From an uncultured virus (IMG/VR IMGVR_UViG_2585428069_000013) (taxonomy: Duplodnaviria; Heunggongvirae; Uroviricota; Caudoviricetes), in the IMG/VR virus record IMGVR_UViG_2585428069_000013: 64,000 nucleotides of DNA. One strand, given 5' to 3'. The position numbers and the translations under genes are program-made. A model generated the notes under the pieces. It had not been told where the DNA came from, searched no databases, and worked only from the letters and a program-made list of their open reading frames with translations. Numbering within the stretch: position 1 is the first letter of the stretch; the number at the start of each line of letters is the position of its first letter. Shown here in pieces: positions 9,659 through 20,141 of the stretch.

Positions 9659-10162
9659 CTATTCGTAGACTGCCGATACCAACGAGTTCACCAAACCGCA
9701 AAGACTGGTATTCATACGGGTATCCATGATGTTATTTGAAACTATTGATGTGGCTGCCGTCGGTACAAGCACGTCTGCGATTCCGAGTTCATAGATGTCG
9801 CTGGTTCTTGTCAATGTCGGAGCCACAGGCGTTGCAGCGGGGGTTCCGTCAACAACGGCAATCTGAATGCTTCGGCTGATCTGACTTAATCGGACCACAA
9901 TCCGGTCAATACGGGGATTGCTTCCATTTGCCGTTGAAAGAGGCCTGTTTAAGGCATCCGTATTCTCATAACGGTATCCGTTAATCCACGCGCTTCCTGC
10001 CGCCACATTCACAGCCAAACCGATTGATGGTGATACTTGTAGGTTTGTGGCTGCCATATAAAATACTCCATTCGAGACAAGACTTCCGAAATATGCTGAG
10101 AAGTCAATCGCGTCATAGACTCTGTCTCCGTCCGAGGAGTTAAAAAAGCCGCTTTTCTCCAT
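9659..10162 (-). CDS. Phage baseplate/tail structural protein
   Basis: SGFFNS..GDRVYDA..F..YF, RIDRIVVRL, YELGIADV, DTR....CG.V conserved in Firmicutes siphophage tails. Confidence 0.75.
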   Translation of the reverse strand: MEKSGFFNSSDGDRVYDAIDFSAYFGSLVSNGVFYMAATNLQVSPSIGLAVNVAAGSAWINGYRYENTDALNRPLSTANGSNPRIDRIVVRLSQISRSIQIAVVDGTPAATPVAPTLTRTSDIYELGIADVLVPTAATSIVSNNIMDTRMNTSLCGLVNSLVSAVYE

Positions 10163-10177
10163 ATTGCTTTCCTCCCT

Positions 10178-12082
10178 TTAAGCTCTCGCGTAAGAGCAAG
10201 ATATAAGGTAAAAACCCGTAGGCAGTGTGGAACCAGCTGCGTTCGCCACCACACCGCTTGTGTTGATTGTAATCGGCATATTGGTACCGCTGCCCCCAAC
10301 CGCAATCGCCACAGAGCGTACCGTCGAGTACGGGTAAAAGTTCGCGTTTGTTATTGTTAGAATCGTGCCGCCAGAGGCGACTCCCGAAGCACCAACGTTG
10401 ACCTGCATTCCGATTGAAACGATGCCCTTATTCACAAATGACATATTCGCACCCATTGTCACGCCACTTCCAAGCGAGTAGGTGAGTGAGGTGTTGGCTT
10501 CCTGGGCGATCTTCGCAGTAGTCACAGCGCCATTTGCAATCCTCGCCGTGGTTATTGGTTCATTATTGATGTTGAGCCAGTTCGCTTGACCAGACGGATT
10601 ATTGAACACGAAAACTGAAATTACATAGAATGTCATAGTGTTACGGGATATAAAGAAACCCATCGCCCTCTGATAATCGTTTCCCGTGTTGTCTCCGCTG
10701 TGCTTTATCAGAAATACATGCCCATCGTCACTTGGTTGGTCACTGAACTTGCTACCGCTCCACGAGGTGAAGTAAAACGCATCTCCCGGCACCATGTTGT
10801 GTAAGGCGTATTGACCGATCGATATAGTGCCCGCACCTACAGTTATTTCAAGCGCTGGAAGTTTCCCGAACAGGTTGTTAATGGTATCCGCGACATTGTC
10901 ACCTTGAATATCCGGGTCTACCTCCGTCAAATCACCCAAGGTTTCCTCTACAGCACCCAGCGTTCCCTCCACGATGCCCAAGGCTTCTGCCACTTCGGAT
11001 ATGCCGGTCGGTGCCGATAATGCCGTTTTAACCTCGCTTATGTCGGAGCGAACTTTCTGCGCTATAGTTAGCTCAGCCTTTCCAAACACTACGCTGATGC
11101 TCTGCCCATCCGCGTCATATGTTTCCTCAATCTCGGTGATTCGCGTCGTCATGGATACGCCCCATGCCTTGGAGATGACTTTGACGGTCTGCCCAAGGTC
11201 GAAGTCAATCTTGTATGTCAAGTTGCCGTGAGGGTTGACCGAGGTGTCGAACGAATAACGTATTGCCTGCTCACTCAGCTTGCTCTGGCCCCGAAAAGTC
11301 AGCGCTCCAGTGTAATCCGCTCCGAAGTCCTCCGCCCGTAAGTCTTTGGCATCAACGAATACCTCACGGCGGGTCTCCCCAGAGCCGCTTGTAATGGCTA
11401 CAAATGTCCGGTCTGCGCCTTCACCCTCGCCGCCGATGAGTGCGGTATTGGCGTAATCCGCCGCACTCTCTGTGTATATCTGTTCAGTCAAGTTCTCGTA
11501 CTCCTTGGAGAATACCGCCTGGGAGTCAGCGCCGTTATACAGGGTCACTGTAAAGATGCCTGTAGCAGGATTGAGCACGGTCTTAATGCCAATACCCGAA
11601 GTGTTGCATAGTTCCGTCACTGTATCCATTAAGTTTCGGAACGATATCTGTGTGCTGATGGGCACACCTAAATTCGGAGAAAAGAAGGATATTCCGGTTA
11701 TTTGTCGAGCCACATCGGTAGGGTTTATGAGATTATTTTCTATAAGCTGCTCCACACAATCTGAAAGATCGCCGGATAACTTCTCTGTTCCCCACACAAT
11801 ACGCCGAGAGAGGAAGGAGGTAGCAAAGCGACCGCTCGCCGTGATGATTTCATGCTCGGTCTGAGACAATTCCAGATGTTCAATGATCCCGGCTTCCTCA
11901 TCATCGTTTTTCCAAATGATATTCCCTTCTTTTAAGAGTGCAGTGTTCTCCGGAGTTGCAATGGCTTTTAGCTCAAAAGAACCACATTGGGAGTAACGCC
12001 GAGTCCAGCGCAAGTACTCGAAAGACTCCACGATACCCGTGAGCTCTCGGTTTGAATTGTAGATATATAGTTGCATATTCAT
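10178..12082 (-). CDS. ReqiPepy6 Gp37-like tail protein with C-terminal putative receptor-binding extension
   Basis: LRWTRRY..CG.FEL, N.ALIGGEGEG..R, RREVFVDAKD, Y..DFDLG..V. Confidence 0.8.
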   Translation of the reverse strand: MNMQLYIYNSNRELTGIVESFEYLRWTRRYSQCGSFELKAIATPENTALLKEGNIIWKNDDEEAGIIEHLELSQTEHEIITASGRFATSFLSRRIVWGTEKLSGDLSDCVEQLIENNLINPTDVARQITGISFFSPNLGVPISTQISFRNLMDTVTELCNTSGIGIKTVLNPATGIFTVTLYNGADSQAVFSKEYENLTEQIYTESAADYANTALIGGEGEGADRTFVAITSGSGETRREVFVDAKDLRAEDFGADYTGALTFRGQSKLSEQAIRYSFDTSVNPHGNLTYKIDFDLGQTVKVISKAWGVSMTTRITEIEETYDADGQSISVVFGKAELTIAQKVRSDISEVKTALSAPTGISEVAEALGIVEGTLGAVEETLGDLTEVDPDIQGDNVADTINNLFGKLPALEITVGAGTISIGQYALHNMVPGDAFYFTSWSGSKFSDQPSDDGHVFLIKHSGDNTGNDYQRAMGFFISRNTMTFYVISVFVFNNPSGQANWLNINNEPITTARIANGAVTTAKIAQEANTSLTYSLGSGVTMGANMSFVNKGIVSIGMQVNVGASGVASGGTILTITNANFYPYSTVRSVAIAVGGSGTNMPITINTSGVVANAAGSTLPTGFYLISCSYARA

Positions 12083-12954
12083 ACCCCCAGAAACTGCGGT
12101 CGATAATAAATGCTGACCTCCAGTAGTTCCATATTGACTGAAGCATCGTAACGCAACGTGTTAATACCTGAGGCAAGCTGGAAAAACACTGAGTCGGTGT
12201 CCAGCAGGGAAAAAGCATTTGTTACCACCGTTCCGTTCACGCTAACTACGCGCTTACCAGCAAAATGGGTATATACACGAAGTTCATCCCCGGCATTCAT
12301 CGTCGTGAGAAGACGGATATATTCCCCAGTGTCTATGTTCAAGAGTTCCGGATTCGTAACTGTTCCCAGCGCTTGGAACACAATCTCGCAGCCGCAAGAA
12401 ACATCGCCAATATTTTCAACCGTGATGATCTGGCTGGGCTGACGCATTCCAAACTCCATGCCGCTTTCAGGTATCTCCAGTTCAAATTCGAGTAACGGTA
12501 TCCAAGATGCCAGTTCCTCACGAACTTCATCCAGTGTCTCGAAGAAGGGAGACGGGCAAAGCAAACTGACGAAGAAGTTAGGTATTCGCTGCCTGGTGGA
12601 AACGGTGAAACCCGCTTCCTCAACAACGCAGGCGATTTGCCGTTCACGGTATACGAGCATTCCATTTAGTTTAGGGCTAAATATTTGAAGGAAACGCTGT
12701 CTCCATACATAGGCATCGTCAGGTGTATTTGCTACGACCGTACCCTCCAGTATTATGTTTCGCATATCCAGTGTGGAGGAGATATAAAAAGCACCGTCTT
12801 GATCCGGTGCCTTGAAGGTGTTAACGGTCTGGCGAACATTGCCTGTGCCGTCTATCTTGGTAAGAAAATACGGGCGGCTTTGTTTAAGCGTGATGCTTCT
12901 GCCATCTTCATTAATATAAGTAAGTTCCATAGCCAGACCTCCTTTAATATTCAA
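12079..12954 (-). CDS. Distal tail protein (Dit)
   Basis: Follows the tape measure gene; LLCPSPFF, N.GDV, FFQL..G.N motifs. Confidence 0.8.
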   Translation of the reverse strand: MNIKGGLAMELTYINEDGRSITLKQSRPYFLTKIDGTGNVRQTVNTFKAPDQDGAFYISSTLDMRNIILEGTVVANTPDDAYVWRQRFLQIFSPKLNGMLVYRERQIACVVEEAGFTVSTRQRIPNFFVSLLCPSPFFETLDEVREELASWIPLLEFELEIPESGMEFGMRQPSQIITVENIGDVSCGCEIVFQALGTVTNPELLNIDTGEYIRLLTTMNAGDELRVYTHFAGKRVVSVNGTVVTNAFSLLDTDSVFFQLASGINTLRYDASVNMELLEVSIYYRPQFLGV

Positions 12955-15364
12955 GTGCCAGCTTACGCGAGAGATTCTTAAACTCCCGTGTAAGTTCTTT
13001 TTCAGACAAAGCTTTAGGTGTCACCACTGAGATATTTTGCGTGATGCTTGTACCGGTGGCGCTGCCCTGCCCGGATAAACCCTTGTAATTCAAATCAAAG
13101 TTTGTGGGTACTGCATTTTGCATGTCCCTCGATACTGCGGCCATTGCATCCTCAAAGCCTACGCCGATGCCTTCGCCCATGTTGTGGCCAAGTCCGGCAA
13201 ACAGGGTTGAGGGGGAATTGATGCCGAAGAAGTTTTTAATCTTCGATACCACATTTCCGAAAAATCCTGAGATCTTACTCCATAGCCATGCACCCGCATC
13301 CGAAATACCCTTCCATAGGCCTTTGATCAAGTTGCCGCCTACTTGGGCCATTGAGCTTATATAACCAGTAAAGGCTTTGACCAGTCCGGATATAATCTGC
13401 GGTACAGCCTTGACCACCTCAACGATGATTCTGGGTAAATTAGCAATGAGGGCAACGAACAGCTGAACACCCGCCAGAATGATCTTATCGATATTACCTA
13501 CAATAGCGTTTACCAGTGAGGTTATAATCTTTGGAATCGCTGCTACAACAGTAGTAATAATCTGCGGAAGTGCCTGAATTAGCGATATCAGAAGCCGGAT
13601 GCCTGCGTCAATAATCATGGGGATTGACTCTATGACAGCATTAATGATATTGTCAATAATTTGCGGAATCGCTTCTACAATTGCCGTAATGATGGTGGGC
13701 AATGCTGTAACCAATGAGGTCAGCAATTGAATGCCTGCTTCAATGATTTGTGGAATAGCTTCAATCAGAAAATCCACCAGTGCTTCAATGATGGCAGGCA
13801 AGGCAGAAACAAGTTGAGGTATTGCATCAACTAATCCCTGTGCTAACCCTATAATCAACTGCAAAGCCGCATCCAGCAGCATTGGTAGGTTCTCAATCAA
13901 ACCTTGGACAATCTGCGTGACCGCCGAAACCGCTGCGGGTATGAGTTGCGGTAAAGCTATTCCAATACCCTCCACAAGTGCTGTTACCAGTTCTATTGCC
14001 GCATTTATGAGTAACGGTAGATTATCAATCAATGCTCCGACAATTGTCATTAGGGCACTGACCGCCGCCGGAATAAGTTCAGGTAAGAGGTTCAAAATTG
14101 TTTCCAGTACCTGCGTAAATATACTTGTAACGGTTTCAAGCAGCATGGGAAGCAGGTCGGCGACCGCTGATAAAATTGCGCCTGTTGCTGTCGGCAATGC
14201 GGCTACGATATTCTCTAAAACCGGTACGATGTTAGAGACAACCGACTCGAAAGCATCTACAAGATTCTCCGTGAGGTTTGTCATGTCGGCATTGGCATTG
14301 CCCAGTCCGGCTGTAAAAGAGCCAAGCGCAGCTTGTAACAATCCAATAGAACCGGAAATTGTCTGAGTTGACTCTTTCGCAAAGTTGCCGGCATACTGCT
14401 CAGTGTTCTCGAAAAACATCTGCATCGCGACTTCAGCTTTTTCGGCGTTACTCGCACTTGCCCAGACGAAATCAAGACCCTTCGAGGCAGCATATGCCTG
14501 GATACTCGTCGCGTTCATTGCAACACCCAAGTTGTCCATCATGGTGAAATTACCTTTTGCCGCACCTGTGACCGCCTCCATCGCAGAGGACATATCTATC
14601 CCCATAACGGAAGCCATATCTGCAGCACGCTGCATGGCTTTTTCGGTTAGCTCAAGACTTTTCTGCTGCTGTATACCAGAGCCTTGGAACAACGCACCCA
14701 TTTTGTTGGCGGTGGAGAGGTAATCACTCTGTGACACACCGAGGTTTTTATAAGCTTCCTCACCGGTTTTCTGAATCGATGCAGCGTATGCGCCGAAAAC
14801 CGCCTCTGAGCCACCGAGATTCTGTTCCAACTCTCCGAATTGTTGAACAACCTCTTTCCCTAACTTTATAGCAGCAGCTCCAGCAGCAACAGCAACCGCG
14901 CCCATCGCTACACCGATGCCCGTAAGTATGCCACCGAGCTTATCAAACTTGCCGCCAGCATCGTCTGCACTTTTGCCCGAATTGTCCAATTCTTCACCGA
15001 GATTATCTGCTTCGACAGTGGACTGCTCAAGTTCACGCTCCATACCGTTAAGTTCCGCTTGCGCCTTGTTCAGCTGAATCTGCCAGTTTTGGGTGCGGCG
15101 GTCATTTTCACCGAAAGAAGAGGAGGCGTTATCAAGAGCAGCCTTAAGGGTTGAAATCTTGTCTTTCTGTGCGTCGATTTCTTTATTCAGAGTCGCATTA
15201 CGAGCGGTGACCGCCTGCACAGATTTATCGTTTTTATCAAACTGACTGGTCACAAGGGTCATTTCACTGCCCAGCACCTTGAAACTTTGATTGATATCGG
15301 AGAGAGCTTTCTTAAACTCACGCTCGCCCTCAACACCTATTTTCAAACCAAAATTGTCCGCCAT
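12944..15364 (-). CDS. Tail tape measure protein
   Basis: ADNFGLKIGVEGE N-terminus, ~11/22-aa amphipathic repeats, FGINSPS. Confidence 0.92.
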   Translation of the reverse strand: MADNFGLKIGVEGEREFKKALSDINQSFKVLGSEMTLVTSQFDKNDKSVQAVTARNATLNKEIDAQKDKISTLKAALDNASSSFGENDRRTQNWQIQLNKAQAELNGMERELEQSTVEADNLGEELDNSGKSADDAGGKFDKLGGILTGIGVAMGAVAVAAGAAAIKLGKEVVQQFGELEQNLGGSEAVFGAYAASIQKTGEEAYKNLGVSQSDYLSTANKMGALFQGSGIQQQKSLELTEKAMQRAADMASVMGIDMSSAMEAVTGAAKGNFTMMDNLGVAMNATSIQAYAASKGLDFVWASASNAEKAEVAMQMFFENTEQYAGNFAKESTQTISGSIGLLQAALGSFTAGLGNANADMTNLTENLVDAFESVVSNIVPVLENIVAALPTATGAILSAVADLLPMLLETVTSIFTQVLETILNLLPELIPAAVSALMTIVGALIDNLPLLINAAIELVTALVEGIGIALPQLIPAAVSAVTQIVQGLIENLPMLLDAALQLIIGLAQGLVDAIPQLVSALPAIIEALVDFLIEAIPQIIEAGIQLLTSLVTALPTIITAIVEAIPQIIDNIINAVIESIPMIIDAGIRLLISLIQALPQIITTVVAAIPKIITSLVNAIVGNIDKIILAGVQLFVALIANLPRIIVEVVKAVPQIISGLVKAFTGYISSMAQVGGNLIKGLWKGISDAGAWLWSKISGFFGNVVSKIKNFFGINSPSTLFAGLGHNMGEGIGVGFEDAMAAVSRDMQNAVPTNFDLNYKGLSGQGSATGTSITQNISVVTPKALSEKELTREFKNLSRKLALEY

Positions 15365-15378
15365 ACCTTCACCTCCCC

Positions 15379-15588
15379 CTAAATACCCGGCGGGATAATA
15401 TCGTCAATTGTCCGGGTTTTCTTTGGCTTTTCAATGCTATGCCATTGCTTGTGGCAAGCCCATAAATCGAAAAACAGTCCGATGGGCATGAGCCAGAATT
15501 CCTCTGCTTCCATACCCATCTGAACTGTTCCGTAATAAAGAAGCCGGGTAAAGACTTCAGCGTCCGTTACCCGACTTGCACGTTTTTT
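15379..15588 (-). CDS. Tail assembly chaperone extension (gpT-like), reached by -1 frameshift; absent from ORF track
   Basis: Slippery A-AAA-AAC at 15588-15582; -1 frame open to TAG 15379 (RLLYYGTVQMG...FWLMPIGLFFDLW...IDDIIPPGI). Confidence 0.8.
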   Translation of the reverse strand, partial: KKRASRVTDAEVFTRLLYYGTVQMGMEAEEFWLMPIGLFFDLWACHKQWHSIEKPKKTRTIDDIIPPGI

Positions 15589-15953
15589 GGAGTTTCTTCC
15601 TCACTTTCCACGTCGCGCTTTGTGCCTTTAAACATCGCTTCGGTAATTGCATTTTTATATGCTGCCAAGTCAAGCGGTGAAGTGAGTAGCTCGACCTCCT
15701 CCTCAGTGAGAAGTTCCTCCGGCGCGTTCTTATTCTTAAGGTTGCGAATCAAAATAGACTGGTTTGCAAGCAGCGTAATTAGCCAAACAATCTCGTCCAG
15801 AGCCATCTCGAAGTTTTCTGATTTCATCAGTTTTTCTCCGAGGTTTTCAAGCCCGCCATATCGACCGGCTATCGCTTTTGTAGCACGTGTGGTCAGAATT
15901 AATTCATACTCTTTGCCGCCGATGTTGATGGCGGCGCTTCTTTCATTATCCAT
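15567..15953 (-). CDS. Tail assembly chaperone (gpG-like)
   Basis: Position between major tail and tape measure genes; ends near a PKN slippery site. Confidence 0.8.
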   Translation of the reverse strand: MDNERSAAINIGGKEYELILTTRATKAIAGRYGGLENLGEKLMKSENFEMALDEIVWLITLLANQSILIRNLKNKNAPEELLTEEEVELLTSPLDLAAYKNAITEAMFKGTKRDVESEEETPKNVQVG

Positions 15954-15965
15954 GATTCAACCCTC

Positions 15966-16556
15966 CTAAGGTTCCGGCGTGTAGACCGGTTCGTAAACTT
16001 CAGTAAACCAGCCGGTGATGGTACCGGCAGATACACCCGCATCACCTTCAGTGACCTCCGCTTTCCATGGGTGCTTGCCCATGCCGTCCAGCTTGTTCCT
16101 GCGCATGACGGTTCCCTCAATGGTTGGTGTAGAGAAGGTGATGGAATCCGCCTTCGTCTGTAGGTTCGTTGCAGGTAGGCCAAATTTCGCTCGGTACAGC
16201 CAGAAATAGCGGTATGTGCCGTTAGCCTTTTGTGCACGGAAACCCACCGCTACTGGTGTACCTACATTCTCGCTGGCAGAGATCAGCACACCGTTGTCAT
16301 CGGTGGATGCTCCGGTTAGATCTGCCGCAACCGTTGGGCCGATGTCATCCACACCGAGGGTGAGTGTACCGCTGTTGAAGTCCTTCACGACCTCAGCGGC
16401 ACCATCGTCTGCGTAAAGTATTGCCTCTACCAGTTCCACCGAGAGCTCGGCGGTGATGGCTTTGGCAAGCACCGAAGGTACAGCGTAGGTTTCTTCGCCG
16501 TTGGAATCTTCGGTTATCTTTGAATAGTACAGTCTGTCAAGACCGATAGTTGCCAT
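15966..16556 (-). CDS. Major tail protein (phi13-like)
   Basis: ATIGLD.LYY, LYADDG, VAVGFRA.K.NG.YRY.WL. Confidence 0.88.
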   Translation of the reverse strand: MATIGLDRLYYSKITEDSNGEETYAVPSVLAKAITAELSVELVEAILYADDGAAEVVKDFNSGTLTLGVDDIGPTVAADLTGASTDDNGVLISASENVGTPVAVGFRAQKANGTYRYFWLYRAKFGLPATNLQTKADSITFSTPTIEGTVMRRNKLDGMGKHPWKAEVTEGDAGVSAGTITGWFTEVYEPVYTPEP

Positions 16557-16559
16557 GTG

Positions 16560-16901
16560 TTATTCCTCCAATCCATAATTTTCTGCCACATCAATGGCGT
16601 AATGGTGATATCCGGTATCGTCCTCGTGTCCGATATACCGTCGTTCGGTCACTGTGAAATCCTCATTCAGTAAAGCCGCAGTGATCTGCCTTTTACGCTG
16701 CTGGTAATTGCCTTTTGAGAACAGTGATATCCGCACTTCCTGCACATCAAAGCCGGGGCGGTTATCAGCATGTACTTCGAATATGTCCGTCAGAGGGATA
16801 AAGACCAGATATTCGTCAGGCGGCATACCGCTGAACACGCCGGCTTCAATAGGAATACCCAGCGGTTCCAGGACCTCGCTCAAATCCGAAAGTAGGCTCA
16901 T
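16560..16901 (-). CDS. Tail terminator/completion protein
   Basis: Position; PDEY, HEDDTGYHHYAIDV C-terminus. Confidence 0.7.
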   Translation of the reverse strand: MSLLSDLSEVLEPLGIPIEAGVFSGMPPDEYLVFIPLTDIFEVHADNRPGFDVQEVRISLFSKGNYQQRKRQITAALLNEDFTVTERRYIGHEDDTGYHHYAIDVAENYGLEE

Positions 16902-17329
16902 ATCTTATTTACCTCCTCGTCCAGCTTTGCTTTCATCGCTTCGATGCACGGCTTTCTGCTGGTGGTTCTCGCTGGCTTTAAGAATGGTTTTGCCGGTTGA
17001 CCCGATTTTCCGTATTCGATGATATTGGCTATTTTCGCATTGCTACTTCCGTCACGACGCGGTTCGGAAAAGCCGACTTTAACGTTGTGATTGCCATCCC
17101 TGTCCTGTAAAGCGGATGAAAGTCCTAATGCTGCCGCAAGCTCGCCCGTGGAACGCGAAGGATACTTTGTGTCACTACCAATCGCTGAATTCAGATTAGA
17201 TTTTACCTTGTCAAGCACAACCTCACCGCCAGCCTTAAGCACACGAGGGACGATTTCATCAGTTTTATCGTTTAACCGTGAAACCTTTAGGAGAAAGTCC
17301 TCCGGCATTTTCATAGTTACTTTAGCCAC
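16898..17329 (-). CDS. HK97 gp10-like neck protein
   Basis: STGEL, IIEYG...QPAKPFLKPA. Confidence 0.85.
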   Translation of the reverse strand: MAKVTMKMPEDFLLKVSRLNDKTDEIVPRVLKAGGEVVLDKVKSNLNSAIGSDTKYPSRSTGELAAALGLSSALQDRDGNHNVKVGFSEPRRDGSSNAKIANIIEYGKSGQPAKPFLKPARTTSRKPCIEAMKAKLDEEVNKI

Positions 17330-17678
17330 TGGGCTTCACCTCCTTGGCGAGTACTTCAATGTACATTCCACGACCTTTGACATCCTCCACCGAGGTAATT
17401 TCAAATCGCCCGTCTTCACAAGCAATAAGCATTGCGGTCGTAACGGTGACACCCGGAATACAGCGGAAACGGAAAAGATCGGTGGCTTCCGAAAATACGG
17501 CTCTGTTGGCCCATATTTCGGTACCGTGCCGACCTTCCCGATATGCTCTTATAGAAGCAACAATGCTGTCAATCTCAGTGCTGAATCCCTCCGAGTCTTT
17601 TATAGTTACTCTCTCAATAACGTCAATAAAGGTGTTTATTTTCCCAAAACTCATGTCACACCTTCCAATCTCGGTCAA
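17322..17678 (-). CDS. Head closure / head-tail adaptor
   Basis: SFGKIN, DSEGF, FRFR, I.SVEDVKGRGMY.EV. Confidence 0.8.
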   Translation of the reverse strand: MTEIGRCDMSFGKINTFIDVIERVTIKDSEGFSTEIDSIVASIRAYREGRHGTEIWANRAVFSEATDLFRFRCIPGVTVTTAMLIACEDGRFEITSVEDVKGRGMYIEVLAKEVKPSG

Positions 17679-17973
17679 GCCGTAGAAGTAGGTTTACTGT
17701 ATTCCACACTTGTTGACCAGCTTGTACGCTGTCGGCGAAGAAACCAGCCGTCGAGCCATCTCTGCTTTCGTAGAAATGACCCGATAGCATGATTACTGCT
17801 TGTTCCGTGGTGGGCGGCATAGAGTTTTCAATGTAATAGCCCTCAGTGACATGTTGGTAGCTCTCCGCGTAGGAGACGGCGGCTTTGATGTAGTGTAGCA
17901 GAAGGCCGTCGTCTGCATCATGCGCCAAGATTAGGTTTGCTTTTACTTTGGGGAGAAGATTATCTGTTGTCAT
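17656..17973 (-). CDS. Head-tail connector (HK97 gp6-like)
   Basis: VKANL....DD.LL..YI.AA..YAE.Y, QAVIML..HFYE.R. Confidence 0.85.
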   Translation of the reverse strand: MTTDNLLPKVKANLILAHDADDGLLLHYIKAAVSYAESYQHVTEGYYIENSMPPTTEQAVIMLSGHFYESRDGSTAGFFADSVQAGQQVWNTVNLLLRLDRDWKV

Positions 17974-17992
17974 GCCATCCGCCTCCTTCCGG

Positions 17993-18211
17993 TTATACTT
18001 CGTCTGCGACCATCAAACCCGCCGCTTTTAGCTTCGCGAGAAGGGCATTAAAATCCGTTACCAGACCAGCGGCATCGGTAGCGGTGCTGTCTGCCTGATT
18101 CGCAGCGGTAGGAAGCCCCGTTACCGAGGCTCCCTCCTTGATTTCCAGAGTACCGCCGATGACGGTTTTCTCACCGCCTTGTTCGGTGTAGTTCTTTGTG
18201 TTATAACCCAT
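17993..18211 (-). CDS. Head fibre/decoration protein
   Basis: YNTKNY.EQGG, DFNALLAKLKAAGLM, directly after capsid gene. Confidence 0.7.
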   Translation of the reverse strand: MGYNTKNYTEQGGEKTVIGGTLEIKEGASVTGLPTAANQADSTATDAAGLVTDFNALLAKLKAAGLMVADEV

Positions 18212-18223
18212 GTCGCACCTCCG

Positions 18224-19423
18224 TTACGCTTTCTGCTGGAGAACCTTGATAGCCTCCGGCAGAATCAGTTTGCCGTCCACACGCTGAGTGGCCATAAAGC
18301 CGACCTGACCTGTAGTAGCGAAAAGTTCGTTCAAACGCTTGAAGGCGCGCCCCTGCCTGTCAGCGATCCAGTAATAACCGAAATCACCGAACGCGATGGA
18401 CTTCGCCCCCGCCTCAATTGCAGGTATATACGCCGAGGTGTATACGGGTCGATTCAGAATCATATCCGGCGTTCCCGCGGTCAGCGAAGGTTGCCACAGA
18501 TACTGGCCCTGACCGTCCTTTAGCTTACGGATTGTTTTTACGGTCGCATCGTTCATAACGAACACAGCTTTCTTACGATACGGAGATTTCAAACTGTAGA
18601 AAAGGTCGATAACCTCATCCACTGTAATAGCGGTTGCGCCTGCGGTAGTAACTCCAAGCTGTGCACCGCCTGTTGCGGCAAAAATACCCGTGGGCTTACC
18701 AGAACCATCGCCTACGAAGAAAGCTTCTTCCTCCTTGGAACCAATACGACGAGCAAACTCGGTGCTGATGTAGTTTTGCAGATCGAACACGGAGTCACTC
18801 AGCAATTCGTCGGAGACTTTGATGAAAGTGCCGAGTTTATATGCGCCAATAGAGGTCTGACCGAATACTTCATCACTATCGGGATAGAGTTCTTCCTCAT
18901 CGAGCCACGAAGCGGAGCCGTGGGTTGTAACAACGGGAATTTTACGGTCACCACTGGAAGTTTGAATGATTTTTGCCAGCTTACGGAAAATGTTTTCTTC
19001 CTCCAAAGATTGAACGAGCGTACGTTCAAACTCATCTGGAACAAGATAACCGCCTTCGCTGTCGGTCCCTACCTGCAGAGCGTTTACAACATCGTAATGC
19101 GGATTTTTAGAGCGCATTACATTCCAGAACGCTTTTTTGTACTCATCGGATGCCTTTCCTGTCTTGGTGTCCATACCAGGAACAGCGGGTTTGGTGGTGA
19201 GCGGAGCGTTCAGCGGTTTTGAAAGTTCACGGTCGAGGGCTTCCTGCTTTTCGAGTCTGTCGATTTCCTTGCCGAGAGCGACCACATCGTTCTCCATTTT
19301 TTCGTAGGTGGCGGTATCCTCGGCAGAGACGATCCCGTCCGTACCGCGCTTGGTATCTAGGAAAGCCTTAGCCGTTTCCCATGCCTTTGTGCGCTTTTCG
19401 CGCAATTCAAGAATTTTACTCAT
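18224..19423 (-). CDS. HK97-fold major capsid protein
   Basis: Delta-domain coiled coil, GTDSEGGYLVPDEF, GDGSGKPTG, FGDF, RVDGK. Confidence 0.95.
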   Translation of the reverse strand: MSKILELREKRTKAWETAKAFLDTKRGTDGIVSAEDTATYEKMENDVVALGKEIDRLEKQEALDRELSKPLNAPLTTKPAVPGMDTKTGKASDEYKKAFWNVMRSKNPHYDVVNALQVGTDSEGGYLVPDEFERTLVQSLEEENIFRKLAKIIQTSSGDRKIPVVTTHGSASWLDEEELYPDSDEVFGQTSIGAYKLGTFIKVSDELLSDSVFDLQNYISTEFARRIGSKEEEAFFVGDGSGKPTGIFAATGGAQLGVTTAGATAITVDEVIDLFYSLKSPYRKKAVFVMNDATVKTIRKLKDGQGQYLWQPSLTAGTPDMILNRPVYTSAYIPAIEAGAKSIAFGDFGYYWIADRQGRAFKRLNELFATTGQVGFMATQRVDGKLILPEAIKVLQQKA

Positions 19424-19442
19424 TGTTTTTCCTCCTAATAAT

Positions 19443-20141
19443 TTAGTGTTGAATGATAGATATCCGCTTATCAAGTTGCTCGATGGGTGTGCCCGTTTTT
19501 ACAGGCAGATTCTTTGGGCATACCTTGTTTAACAGTGAATTTGTTACGGCCCGGCGGCTGAAAGCATAAGTGACACTATCTTTTTGCACACGCTTTTTCT
19601 CATCTTCCAAAATACCGTCCACAAAGCCGAGTTCGATTGCCTTGTTGGCATTCAGCCATGTTTCAGCATCCATAAGGTGGGATAGCTTCGCTCTCGACTG
19701 CCCGGTCTTGATTTCGTAAGCGTTGATGATGCTTTCCTTGACCTCCGAGAGCATGGAGATGGCCTTCCGCATTTCCTCGCTGTCACCGATTGCCACGGTC
19801 AGCGGATTATGCACCATCATCAAAGCAGTTGGAGCCATGAGCACAGTCGTTCCCGCCATTGCAATCACACTTGCGGCAGATGCTGCGATGCCATCAATCT
19901 TGACGGTTATTTTGCCTTTGTAGTCCATCAGCATCGCATAAATCTGACTTGCCGCAATACAGTCGCCGCCAGGAGAGTTGAGCCAAATAACAATGTCACC
20001 CTCGCCTGCGGTCAAATCAACTTTGAACGCCTGTGGGGTGACATCATCGTCAAACCAACTTTCTTCAGCAATTACGCCATCAAGGTAGAGTGTTCGGGTG
20101 TCGGATTCTTCGTCCTTTACCCAGTTCCAAAATTTCTTCAT
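19443..20141 (-). CDS. ClpP-type head maturation protease
   Basis: NSPGGD, IDGIAASAASVIAMAG, MMVHNP, ETWL. Confidence 0.93.
   Translation of the reverse strand: MKKFWNWVKDEESDTRTLYLDGVIAEESWFDDDVTPQAFKVDLTAGEGDIVIWLNSPGGDCIAASQIYAMLMDYKGKITVKIDGIAASAASVIAMAGTTVLMAPTALMMVHNPLTVAIGDSEEMRKAISMLSEVKESIINAYEIKTGQSRAKLSHLMDAETWLNANKAIELGFVDGILEDEKKRVQKDSVTYAFSRRAVTNSLLNKVCPKNLPVKTGTPIEQLDKRISIIQH

Noticed and set aside
5409..12082. Diversity-generating retroelement targeting tail genes
   Set aside because: No reverse transcriptase and no adenine-variable template/variable repeat pair noticed
13300..14250. Periodic repeats in the tape measure gene
   Set aside because: Ordinary amphipathic TMP repeats
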